From a virus (taxonomy: Duplodnaviria > Caudoviricetes), in IMG/VR virus record IMGVR_UViG_3300005683_000038, positions 7,465 through 71,464 of that record: DNA of 64,000 nt. One strand, written 5' to 3'. Shown here piece by piece: positions 36,801-44,657 of this stretch. Under the pieces are notes generated by a model. That model had not been told where the DNA came from. It saw only the letters and a list, made by a program, of their open reading frames with translations, and searched no databases. Both the position numbers and the translations under genes were made by a program. Each line of letters opens with the position of its first letter. The first letter of the stretch is position 1.

Positions 36801-37660
36801 CAGAGAAGGTTACGGTGAGAAAGAGTTCTGATGTAGAAGGGACGGTCGTCACTCTACATCATGCTGGTAAACGGCATTCATACTACACACCGCATGAAAA
36901 TATGTCGACTTTTACGAAAGAAAAAGAAGGCCAACATTGGATTAAGGCAAGTGATCTAAATGAAGACAATTCCTTCGCCATCATGCAGGCCCATGCCGAA
37001 GTGATTGTCCAGGCTGAGTTGGCAATGGTGAAGGCCCAGGAAACCAACAACCGCGATGACGTCCAGGCTTTGCGTGAGTTGATTAAGGCATCGAATGGGA
37101 AGATTCTGGAGCATGGTGAACAAGTGACTGACACTATTTTCACTCGTGCGTTGAAGTCAGACGCAGCGGTCCGGGCCATTGCTTTGCGGGTTGAGCCGGT
37201 TGATGACAAGTTTGAAGACACTGAGACGGTATTTGCCCGGTTGGCCGAGCGAGTGGCCGAGACGAACCGTTTACTGGAAGGGAAAGCGGCCTTGCCAAAG
37301 ACGGACGATGACATGGTGCGTGAGATCATGGCGCGGACTCATAATCCAGCCGAGAACGTGACGGCGACTGGTACGAGTGAAGGTGCGGAAAAGGGGTGGG
37401 AGCATCGGATGAGATTGAGTGAAGAGGCTCATTATGCCACGAAAATTGCTCTAGGTGCTCGTGGGAGTATCAATGAAGATGCTTTGTATAAAGAGGCAAG
37501 AGACAGGCATACTGACGCGGCAAAGGCATATCGTTCAGCTTCTTCTGAGAGTCGTCTTGTAAAAGAAGACAATGAAGGACGAGCGAAAGAGCATGAGGCA
37601 CTCGCAGCCCATCATCAACAGGTGATGGATAACGTAAGAGGCTACAAAGTGGGTGATTGA
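33857..37660 (+). CDS. Giant prohead maturation protease (Mu gpI-like core) with repeated cargo modules
   Basis: Core DFQWMPGG...FICIEHQ...HTSFSPTF...GSLTN; lies between portal and MCP; ChaB-like N-terminus. Confidence 0.75.
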   Translation: MPAWLNQTDEGKWETAKSAVLKSCQETDPAFLPLVTAVFRKMGGVVADDAVMASWSDAAREAAAEARRNGSHAWKKDEEAFNATVNLASTGGSAESHQRAADLHKVALAAHQSAASEKGPETDSHSFRADIHKEYIQKHEKEAAGFKSGGHVVFQGDAASLPHPSPSNEKDKYGFTVFNQGKVYTPKHLEGQVDKHYRSKGYTKNRDRSRGGSWGPATYTRNGARVSVHSIQGDSTKASDVSFDDAVMASWSEEARQAALEKRRELKSQHNGKAGIDFIAPHGSPGHFMAVVKDKSRLSEAAEHLEDAGHTVTKVHSGDENTHPAVHFTPKGEAAAEARSRTTSAYRKMASHAFEASDEADRATASAHGRFSSRSNHELAANMHRQAALHHSQNYDEMSEGSGMRKGAGDMIDYHENQAKKHDRLAKGSSTKASDPTGDEFMSDTIKASWSDAAREAAAASRKAHMESAEASGSTDFSLHRAATDAHREADDAHRNAANQARKEGKNWKYHNRQARQHEALANHHSDLAEEYDSNGAESSDAGGTSFHDDSPAKATEQLASERNMITARDPIVRCRDYGFALSKSVKAKKVWKPGEQVDFQWMPGGVHAITASYGRGDRNVPIELWVHCNEAGARRVQQSFEQIMATNSRRPPFICIEHQAKERAGQPVGFKWGVIEHDQGSDTGIICTCDPSALGANNVNGKIHTSFSPTFDTDADYSQLRCTGCAKDRNGCQCASPHAFAFARGARGSQENPAEVTRLDAQSVGSLTNWNAFKEILPIAAREPETVKAGGTSEGAKKGWEHRGNIAHDLSAKADIAEQEADDSATIKTYRKAADIHHKASRAHREAADAASEEGYKDAATVHEQAASFHYRKSIGLHAKGDSVKSRQPTTAAENPNPVFATYPDLALASVKADEAEASVKATWSDAAREAAAEARRNGSHAGGDEHDSSSEGRLLNQPLSPAFKSHVIEHLKNHIGIHAPEKVTVRKSSDVEGTVVTLHHAGKRHSYYTPHENMSTFTKEKEGQHWIKASDLNEDNSFAIMQAHAEVIVQAELAMVKAQETNNRDDVQALRELIKASNGKILEHGEQVTDTIFTRALKSDAAVRAIALRVEPVDDKFEDTETVFARLAERVAETNRLLEGKAALPKTDDDMVREIMARTHNPAENVTATGTSEGAEKGWEHRMRLSEEAHYATKIALGARGSINEDALYKEARDRHTDAAKAYRSASSESRLVKEDNEGRAKEHEALAAHHQQVMDNVRGYKVGD
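34012..36684 (+). repeat. Dispersed coding repeats (WSDAAREAAAEARR family)
   Basis: 34012-34074 vs 36622-36684 identical at 60/63 nt; 33998-34021 = 34586-34609; further diverged copy near 35200. Confidence 0.9.
36230..37407 (+). repeat. Dispersed coding repeat GTSEGA(K/E)KGWEHR
   Basis: Copies at 36230-36267 and 37370-37407. Confidence 0.9.
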
Positions 37661-37747
37661 TTTTTGATTTGCCGCAATGAAGCGGCGACTGGTCACCCGG
37701 CCAGCACAACTGAAACGGGAACAAGAACAAACAAACAGGAGACAACG

Positions 37748-39502
37748 ATGAAGAAAGTATTCATCACTAAGGTCCCGCCGACAGGTGCGATGTGCAAGGC
37801 TGGGGACTGGTTACCGATCCAAGCGAGTGCTGAGCTTGACGCCCTCACCGCAAAGGGTTACGAGTTCCAGACCGAATCCGAATACAACGCAGTGAAGGCG
37901 CGGGAACAAGCAGAACAATCGGCCCAGGCCAACGCGGTCAAGGCCCGTGAAATCCTTATTGACGGTGAGATTACCCGAGCGCGTGATCGCGGGGTGTTCG
38001 CTGCCAAAGAGGACGTTTCGACGGTCCGCGCCGAGGCGTTGGAAATGGAAGCCTTCCGTCCCGGCATGGGCGTGAAGTATCTGGCCGACAAACAACCGGT
38101 CAAGGCACAAGATGCCTCGCTCAAAGACCGCCTCACTGCCAGTGATCAGCCCATTCGGGTTCAGGTTGTGAGCGAAGGTGTGCGGGAACTGGTGCGTGGT
38201 TTCATTCACGCGAGTGAGCCGTTTACCAAAACGGTGCGCCAGGGCGGTATCCTGACGGTGTGCCGCAATGACAGCAAAGCGATGAGCGATGCAATTATGG
38301 CATCCCGTAACCGCGCCATCATCACCGGTGAACTCATCCGCGCCATTGAGGGCGGAGCGAACTTCACCCTGCAAGACATGGTGAAGGCCGGCGACTACGT
38401 TGACCCGGCGTCGAACAACCCGTTGGGCACCTTGAATTCTACGCTGGTCCTGACGTGGAATCTCGGTTACCTGAAGAACATGCTGCCGATGTTGAATGAC
38501 GTCGTTACGAGCATTAGCAACCAGCCGATCGAGTTCGGTCAAATGGCGAAGGTCCGGTATATCACCGTTCCCAAGTACCAGAAGAAGACGAGCACGACGG
38601 CCTGGAGCACCGCCCAGTCCGGTAACACGGTGGACGTGAACGTTTCGCTGACGAACTACAACGGCGTTCCGATCGCCTTCCCCGAGACCATCTTGGGTGC
38701 GACGGTGCGGCAGTTGCACAACGAAATGAAGACGCCCCAGCTTTACTCGCTGGGTGAATCCATGGTTTACAACCTGGTCAACACAATCATCAACGGCAAT
38801 ACCCGATATGCCAATGATGGTTCGACGACGTCCACGATCAAATTCGGCAATGTGGCCGAAGGTGGTACGGCAAACGGCATTCCGGCGTTCGGCGTTACCG
38901 GTTCGACGCTGGCAACGTTCACGGCGGATCTTCCGGCCTACATGGACCAGTATAAGCTGGCAGGTGGGCAGGAGCCTCCGGGCACGTCAGTGGAAGACCT
39001 CGCACGCTTCGCGTGGTTGCATCACAGCGTCTACGCCAACCTGGCAGCGGACACCAACCTCATGCTCAACCAGAGCATTTGGGGAGCGGTCGCTGGCAAG
39101 GGCGGAAACCTGATGGCGACGGGTGTCCTTCCTCCGTTGGGCAATGTGAAGATCAGCAAGAGCCAGCTCGTGCGCGATGGTTTGTCCGAAACCAGCGACG
39201 GCGCCACTCCGCCCCTTTACAGTGTGACGGTGCCGGCGACGGCTCCGGCCAGTGTGCTTGGGTTTGCTGGTACGCGCAACTCGCTGCTCTTCGCGAGCCG
39301 AGTCCCCACCGACTACACCAAGGTCATGCCGGAGATTCCGAGCACGGCGGCGGTGGAACTGGTTACCGAACCCTCCACGGGGTTGACGTTCATGGTCGTC
39401 AAGTACCTCGACCATGCCTACGAAATCAGCAATGCTCGCGTGTCGCTGATGTTCGGTATGGCGATCGGCGACGAGCGTCAGGGCTTCATCCTCAAAGTCT
39501 GA
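37748..39502 (+). CDS. Major capsid protein with N-terminal scaffold-like region
   Basis: Follows the protease; AGGAG RBS before ATG 37748; HK97/P22-coat-like spacing; C-terminal LMFGMA. Confidence 0.8.
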   Translation: MKKVFITKVPPTGAMCKAGDWLPIQASAELDALTAKGYEFQTESEYNAVKAREQAEQSAQANAVKAREILIDGEITRARDRGVFAAKEDVSTVRAEALEMEAFRPGMGVKYLADKQPVKAQDASLKDRLTASDQPIRVQVVSEGVRELVRGFIHASEPFTKTVRQGGILTVCRNDSKAMSDAIMASRNRAIITGELIRAIEGGANFTLQDMVKAGDYVDPASNNPLGTLNSTLVLTWNLGYLKNMLPMLNDVVTSISNQPIEFGQMAKVRYITVPKYQKKTSTTAWSTAQSGNTVDVNVSLTNYNGVPIAFPETILGATVRQLHNEMKTPQLYSLGESMVYNLVNTIINGNTRYANDGSTTSTIKFGNVAEGGTANGIPAFGVTGSTLATFTADLPAYMDQYKLAGGQEPPGTSVEDLARFAWLHHSVYANLAADTNLMLNQSIWGAVAGKGGNLMATGVLPPLGNVKISKSQLVRDGLSETSDGATPPLYSVTVPATAPASVLGFAGTRNSLLFASRVPTDYTKVMPEIPSTAAVELVTEPSTGLTFMVVKYLDHAYEISNARVSLMFGMAIGDERQGFILKV

Positions 39503-39527
39503 TTGACGAAAGAGGCACGTAACAATA

Positions 39528-39555
39528 ACGGGTGAGGCTTGTTTGGCTCACCCGT
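39528..39555 (+). other. Stem-loop downstream of the MCP gene
   Basis: ACGGGTGAG/CTCACCCGT; weak U-tract. Confidence 0.45.
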
Positions 39556-39590
39556 ATTAACTAAATCAAAACATCAGCAGATCAAAAGCA

Positions 39591-40097
39591 ATGAAAAACA
39601 AAATCACGAGTCCATTCGTTGGGCCCCTCATCACGTTGGGATTGGCGGTAGCCGCGGCTGTCACCATCGCAACTTTCGCGCCTGTTGAAAAAGCACAGGC
39701 AGCCAGCACGTTCCGATCGGACGGGAATCCCCTCTATTCGGTGACGTATCACAGTCCAGGTGGTGCGACGAACATCACAACTGGTTTCACCAATGCGTTG
39801 GTATATCGCCCTGTCACTGGGTCACTCCTGACCCTGGGCTTTGAAGCCGGCGGTACCACAGTCAACGTCTCCAATAATGTGACCATTGTCGTTTTCCCGT
39901 CGTGGGATGGAACGACCAATGACACAACGGCAGCGGCGCGAATCCAGCTCTTGCCAACGACGACGTTCAAACGATGGACGACCAATGTGTCAACCATCTG
40001 GGGCGCGCCTTACGCGGCCATCCAGTTGGAGAACCCCAGTTCCAATGTGGGGTGCCTGACGAACGTGGTCTTGCGGTATAACTCGAAACTTCCTTAG
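39591..40097 (+). CDS. Signal-peptide-bearing beta-rich protein in the capsid-decoration position
   Basis: N-terminal K-rich/hydrophobic/AQA signal; Thr/Asn rich. Confidence 0.65.
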   Translation: MKNKITSPFVGPLITLGLAVAAAVTIATFAPVEKAQAASTFRSDGNPLYSVTYHSPGGATNITTGFTNALVYRPVTGSLLTLGFEAGGTTVNVSNNVTIVVFPSWDGTTNDTTAAARIQLLPTTTFKRWTTNVSTIWGAPYAAIQLENPSSNVGCLTNVVLRYNSKLP

Positions 40098-40122
40098 CTC
40101 GGGTGTGGGCTATGGTTGCGGG

Positions 40123-40161
40123 GCCGTCCGCTGGGTTGTTGGTTAACCGGCGGACGGCTTT
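40123..40161 (+). terminator. Terminator-like hairpin
   Basis: GCCGTCCGC/GCGGACGGC followed by TTT. Confidence 0.45.
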
Positions 40162-40175
40162 CCTAGAAGGTAAAA

Positions 40176-40724
40176 ATGGCGACAAATTGGATCACTCTTA
40201 CAGGTGCTGACATTCGTCTGGTTCTAGCCGCTGCGGCCCAGGACCAGACGAATGAAAACACGGCTGAAGGGACTGAAGCAGGATCAGAAGTTGATTTGGG
40301 TGCTGATAATCGCCGTGACTTGTTGGTAGAGGATGCGGTAATCAGGATTCGTGCCGCCATCGCGAACGGCCAGCGCATTCCTATCAGTGTCACGCCAGAC
40401 ACAATTCCACCAGAAGCGAAACTCCATGCACTGTACCTTGCGGCGATGCCGTTGGTTCAGTCAATGCCGGGTCTGGCCAAGTCATTGTTGATTGGTGAGG
40501 ACGGTCGCAAGACTTCATTTGAACGCTCTTACGACCGCGCCGAACAGTTTCTTACCGATGTGATGGGCGGCATGAATGTTACCTATCCAACTGACCCGGT
40601 TGGTGAGGACGGTGAGACAGCGGTGACGGATGACAATCCTCTCTATTCTGCCGTCCGGTATGGTAGCTTGACAAATGTGGAAGAGGCAGACTTAACCACC
40701 CAGGGTCCAGTAACGGAGGGATGA
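40176..40724 (+). CDS. Head-tail adaptor, Mu gp36/DUF1320-like
   Basis: WITLT..D, IPPE...LYLAA, YDRAEQFL.DV..G. Confidence 0.7.
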   Translation: MATNWITLTGADIRLVLAAAAQDQTNENTAEGTEAGSEVDLGADNRRDLLVEDAVIRIRAAIANGQRIPISVTPDTIPPEAKLHALYLAAMPLVQSMPGLAKSLLIGEDGRKTSFERSYDRAEQFLTDVMGGMNVTYPTDPVGEDGETAVTDDNPLYSAVRYGSLTNVEEADLTTQGPVTEG

Positions 40725-42749
40725 ATGAATGTGCTTTCTTCTACTTCTATTCGCATTGGCCATCTTGCTCGGAATTTGGCTTGGAATGCGAAGCCGGCTG
40801 TGACGGCATCTTCGCCTCCCCCGCCGGTTGATCCCATGTTGGAAGATCCATCTAAGTTGTTCCGGTTGCTGGATGAAGAATTGATTGTGCGTGAAATGAT
40901 CACGGCAGTCGGTCGCGATACTTCAGTTTCAGTCAAAGCCACTCTCAAAGATGCCAATGGCGATGTCTTGCTTTTGAAAGATGTCCGAACAGGCAATTGG
41001 GACCTGCCCGGCGGTCACAAGCAGGAAGGTGAAAGCGATTACCGAGCCCTTGTCAGGGAGATAAAGGAAGAGACGGGGCTGGACGTGGCCAGTGTGACGT
41101 TTGTCAAGCAGATGCCAAAAGCAATCTTCTATGATGTGTTGGTTACGGGTGTTCGGCCGGCGGTAGTTTTAAGCAACGAACACACTGATTTCAAGTGGGA
41201 ACAGCCAGGTCGTGCAAAGCATGACGCGGCCTATTGGACGGGAGGTTATCTCGTGCATGATCTCACGCGAGACCAGGCGCAGATCAGTGTCACTAATGCC
41301 GTCCGGCGCATTGTAGCATTGGCTGAGACAGACGTGATCTCGGGCCGAGACAACCCCCATTATGAGGATGATGCTGCTTTGATCTTCACCGCCGCGTTGG
41401 CCGCTGCTTACGGTGTAGCGGTGATGAAGATGGACAAAGAGGTTCGGCAAGTGAACCAAGGCGATAAGACGACTAGGGTAGAAGACAGGATCTTCGCTCA
41501 TAGTCGGATTGATGACTTGCGCGGATTCATCCAGGACGTGAAGGAACGTCTGAAAGATACTGCCCGCACTTTGCCGGTTGAGGAGAAAAACACGGTTGAA
41601 CGGGCTCGGCGGGTTCACGCTGAAGGAGATGCCATTCTCGACGGAGCCGGCAAACGAGTGTCTGAGACAGAGTCCCAAATCATTTACGGACATTCGGTTC
41701 TGCGAGCTCTCCAACGGGCCGGTTATACCAGCGCCTATTGGGTGACGATGGGAGATGAACGAGTGCGCGATTCCCATAATGAGTGTGAAGCGGCCGGTGC
41801 CATCCCACTAGGCCAACCGTTTCCAAATGGTCTGCTCTTTCCGGGCGATGCTGAGCACGGTGGCCCAGAGGAAATTTGCAACTGCTTCCCAGCTGATACA
41901 CTTGTGCAGCTTCCTGGTTTACGAGCAGTCACCCGTCAAAGGTACAAGGGCGATCTCGTTGAGTTGCGATTTGCCAGCGGCCGCTGTCTCTCCGCTACGC
42001 CGAATCACCCGATATTGAGGGGTGACGGTAAGTGGATTCCTATTAACCTCTTCAACGAAGGTGATGATTGCATCAGCTGTGAGATTGGTAGGGAGCTCCC
42101 CAGCCAGCCATACAAAAATACAACACCAACCAAGATTTCCAAGGTCTACGACCTTCTTAATTCGATGGGGGTGTCTAAACGGAAAGTCGCATCCCCGATG
42201 GACCTCCACGGCGATGCGACCGATACTCAAATCGAGGTTGTATCCATAAAGGGGAGTTTGTCGGACCACATGGGGATTCCGAAGAATGAGCAAATTATAG
42301 AGTTCGGCTTCGCCCTTGCCAACATTACGAAGAAGAGATTGTTTAACGAAGGAGGAAGTGAGACATCGTTTATGCCCCCATTTCGATCGTTCGGATTCAA
42401 TGAAAGGATGGTTGGTTCTTCTGGCGATGTTGGCAGCTTGTGCGTATCTTCTCTTTTGTTCCGTTGTCCTTCCATTGGCGAGGAGTTGATTGGCTTCTTG
42501 GCTTCCTCTCAAGATGACACCAACATTCATCAATCGATTGCTAATTGTCCATCGGCTGACTTTGAACAACTCCGCCAAGAAATTTATACTTTCCCCTTTA
42601 GTATAACGTTGGACAAGGTCGTTGGTATCAAGCGGTATTTTTTTCATGGTGAGGTATTTAATTGTGACACAGGAGCAGGATACTACACCGCCAATGGTAT
42701 AGCAACGCAAAATTGCCGATGTTGGCTTGAAGGAGCATCAAAGCGATGA
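40725..42749 (+). CDS. Nudix hydrolase-MuF (phage minor head protein) fusion containing an intein
   Basis: Perfect Nudix box GGHKQEGESDYRALVREIKEETGL; MuF WVTMGDERVRDSH...FPGD...ICN/CRC. Confidence 0.9.
   Translation: MNVLSSTSIRIGHLARNLAWNAKPAVTASSPPPPVDPMLEDPSKLFRLLDEELIVREMITAVGRDTSVSVKATLKDANGDVLLLKDVRTGNWDLPGGHKQEGESDYRALVREIKEETGLDVASVTFVKQMPKAIFYDVLVTGVRPAVVLSNEHTDFKWEQPGRAKHDAAYWTGGYLVHDLTRDQAQISVTNAVRRIVALAETDVISGRDNPHYEDDAALIFTAALAAAYGVAVMKMDKEVRQVNQGDKTTRVEDRIFAHSRIDDLRGFIQDVKERLKDTARTLPVEEKNTVERARRVHAEGDAILDGAGKRVSETESQIIYGHSVLRALQRAGYTSAYWVTMGDERVRDSHNECEAAGAIPLGQPFPNGLLFPGDAEHGGPEEICNCFPADTLVQLPGLRAVTRQRYKGDLVELRFASGRCLSATPNHPILRGDGKWIPINLFNEGDDCISCEIGRELPSQPYKNTTPTKISKVYDLLNSMGVSKRKVASPMDLHGDATDTQIEVVSIKGSLSDHMGIPKNEQIIEFGFALANITKKRLFNEGGSETSFMPPFRSFGFNERMVGSSGDVGSLCVSSLLFRCPSIGEELIGFLASSQDDTNIHQSIANCPSADFEQLRQEIYTFPFSITLDKVVGIKRYFFHGEVFNCDTGAGYYTANGIATQNCRCWLEGASKR
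41883..42713 (+). mobile_element. Intein (277 aa) in the MuF NCRC motif
   Basis: C1 CFPADT, block B TPNHPI, C-terminal VFN...ANGIATQN followed by Cys+1. Confidence 0.9.
41919..42647 (-). CDS. Antisense intein-nested HTH + DUF559/Vsr-like endonuclease
   Basis: Y..GES...LA..F.VSR.TI..RL HTH; E..LY.LL...Q..L.GYNLDL...IAVEV...LG..GW..IFVW. Confidence 0.8.
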   Translation of the reverse strand: MKKIPLDTNDLVQRYTKGESINFLAELFKVSRWTISNRLMNVGVILRGSQEANQLLANGRTTEQKRRYAQAANIARRTNHPFIESERSKWGHKRCLTSSFVKQSLLRNVGKGEAELYNLLILRNPHVVRQTPLYGYNLDLSIGRIAVEVHRGCDFPFRHPHRIKKVVDLGNLGWCCIFVWLAGELPTNLTADAIITFVEEVNRNPLTVTPQYRVIRRSGETAAAGKSQLNEIALVPLTGDCS

Positions 42750-43225
42750 TTTTTGTCTTAGACCTCAACGATAGGGAATTGCAAGGTTTTGATGAGCACA
42801 TTATCAAAACCATTGAGGGTGCGAAGGCGCGAGTGCTCGCAGCCATGCGTGATCGGTTTGAGGCAATCGTCAAATCCAATTTTGGAATCATGGGACCTGA
42901 CCGTCCTTGGTCCTGGGAGATGTTGGCTGAGTCCACCAAGCAGAATTACCGTAAAAGAAATCCGCCGGTTTTGCGGGAGTATGCTAGTTTGGAACTGACA
43001 GGTGCGATGAAGAATGCTATTATGAAGGGCGGAGTGGAAGGGGGTTCGACCACTGTCAGCCTGTCCAATGCTGATGTGCCTTATGCAACGGCACATCATT
43101 ACGGAACGAAGAACCTTCCGGCCCGGCGGGTGTTTCCGGTTGACATAGATGACGAGGTGCTGCCATGGACGCAATCCGAGGTCTTGGCAGCGGCGCGTGA
43201 TGAATTGAGAGATGCTTTGAGCTAA
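42746..43225 (+). CDS. Virion morphogenesis / tail completion protein (Mu gpG-like)
   Basis: W..LAEST, L.LTGAMKN, VPYATAHHYG..NLPARR. Confidence 0.85.
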   Translation: MIFVLDLNDRELQGFDEHIIKTIEGAKARVLAAMRDRFEAIVKSNFGIMGPDRPWSWEMLAESTKQNYRKRNPPVLREYASLELTGAMKNAIMKGGVEGGSTTVSLSNADVPYATAHHYGTKNLPARRVFPVDIDDEVLPWTQSEVLAAARDELRDALS

Positions 43226-43226
43226 T

Positions 43227-43760
43227 ATGCCTTTGCCCGCACCAATTACGATTTCGACTCAGCTGAAGATGCTGCTTGACGTGCTTCAGCCATGGGCAAA
43301 AGAGCGAGATGGTTCAGCTAAAATCATCGCTAATCAGCGCCATATGTGGGAGGAGTTGGTCAATCTGCCAGCGGTACCAGCGGCTCCTCGCATTCTTATC
43401 ATGTTTTCTGGTGAAATCTCACGTGGTTCATTCGCTGAATCCGGACGATGGCACCGCGTTGATCGAACCTGGGAGATTGTCGTTGTCCGCGGCCGTGGAT
43501 TCAGCAATCTCAAAGATCCAATGTCCGGCGGGGCATACCAGCCTTTCACTGATTCACTTGAAGCAATACGAGACGTGATTCGAGTGATTTTGAATTTGAG
43601 TGAGGAGTTTCCGTTGGTCTATACTAGCATGAAACCTCTTTCCTCAGTCATGCCGTCGAAGGAAGCCGATGCCTACATGGATGGCACCGTGCTATCGTTT
43701 TCAACGGCCAATGACATCCCAGAGGTGCTTTTAGAGAACCCAGTCCAACCAGAAGAATAA
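43227..43760 (+). CDS. Putative tail terminator
   Basis: Size and position after gpG-like gene. Confidence 0.55.
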   Translation: MPLPAPITISTQLKMLLDVLQPWAKERDGSAKIIANQRHMWEELVNLPAVPAAPRILIMFSGEISRGSFAESGRWHRVDRTWEIVVVRGRGFSNLKDPMSGGAYQPFTDSLEAIRDVIRVILNLSEEFPLVYTSMKPLSSVMPSKEADAYMDGTVLSFSTANDIPEVLLENPVQPEE

Positions 43761-43761
43761 T

Positions 43762-44151
43762 ATGGCTACCACAAACAATGCAATCACCGTCACCGGCGGA
43801 CTTACCTGCTCAGCTCTTTCCAGTCCTCCGATTGGGGTAACTGGGGTATCAGCTTCACTTGCCTATACGGACGGTGATGCGGCTTCAGATACCTACGTCA
43901 ATGTCAGCGCCACAACCACACCGGGCACGGCTCTCCATACGGACTTGGCGGCGGATGGATTTGTCTTTGTCTTTGTCCCGTCCGATGGACAGAAGGTGAC
44001 GATTTATTCAGGAACGACCTTGATTGGGCCGATTCCGCCAGGGTTCGGTGTTCCCATCCCAGTGGGAAGTGGCGTGGTTTTGAAAGGTGTCGTCGCAAGT
44101 GGGACGCAAATGGTCGGAGTCGTGGCGCTAAAGACCAGTGCCAACGCATAA
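43762..44151 (+). CDS. Hypothetical virion protein
   Basis: Thr/Gly/Val-rich; tail operon. Confidence 0.55.
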   Translation: MATTNNAITVTGGLTCSALSSPPIGVTGVSASLAYTDGDAASDTYVNVSATTTPGTALHTDLAADGFVFVFVPSDGQKVTIYSGTTLIGPIPPGFGVPIPVGSGVVLKGVVASGTQMVGVVALKTSANA

Positions 44152-44183
44152 CGTAACAGTCAAAAGAAAAAGGAAAACACAAT

Positions 44184-44624
44184 ATGTCTTGGCCAACTAC
44201 AGGAGCCGGTTCAGTTGCAAGCGGTTATTTGGCGAGTGGCGTCTCCACTTATTTCCGCTGGGGAACTGACGAAGCCATTACTGTCATCAACGGGGTTACC
44301 GTATCTGGTTTCCTCACCATCATGTCTATCAACCAGAAACGGAAGAAAGAGGACATGGAATGGCCGCAAGGAGACGGCGTTCAGGCCGGTCGTACTCAAA
44401 TCATCCACGGTGTGGTTTGGGAAGCCCGTGTCCGTGACGACACCCGTATCACCGGTCTTCCGACCGAAGGAACCAGTGGAACTATCGTTGACATGGCTGG
44501 TCTGCTTGGTGCCGTTGGCGGGACCTACACCGCCTACCTGCTGACAGCCGATTATGATGCCGCTTTGAAGCAGCCAGGCGAACGGGTTCTGGTATTTGAG
44601 CGCATCAAGCTGATTGAGGGGTAA
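44184..44624 (+). CDS. Putative tail tube protein
   Basis: Beta-rich 146 aa directly before the chaperone and TMP. Confidence 0.55.
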   Translation: MSWPTTGAGSVASGYLASGVSTYFRWGTDEAITVINGVTVSGFLTIMSINQKRKKEDMEWPQGDGVQAGRTQIIHGVVWEARVRDDTRITGLPTEGTSGTIVDMAGLLGAVGGTYTAYLLTADYDAALKQPGERVLVFERIKLIEG

Positions 44625-44657
44625 ACCAAACCAGACCGCAATAGCAGAACACACCAA

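Noticed and set aside
33998-37407. CRISPR array or DGR template/variable repeats
   Set aside because: Repeats are in-frame, irregularly spaced hundreds of nt apart, and differ at synonymous sites rather than adenines; no cas or reverse transcriptase gene in the window.
37811-38719. 302-aa minus-strand ORF opposite the MCP, and similar ORFs opposite the 49429 and 53076 genes
   Set aside because: Shadow ORFs from strong codon bias; implausible R/H/V-rich composition.
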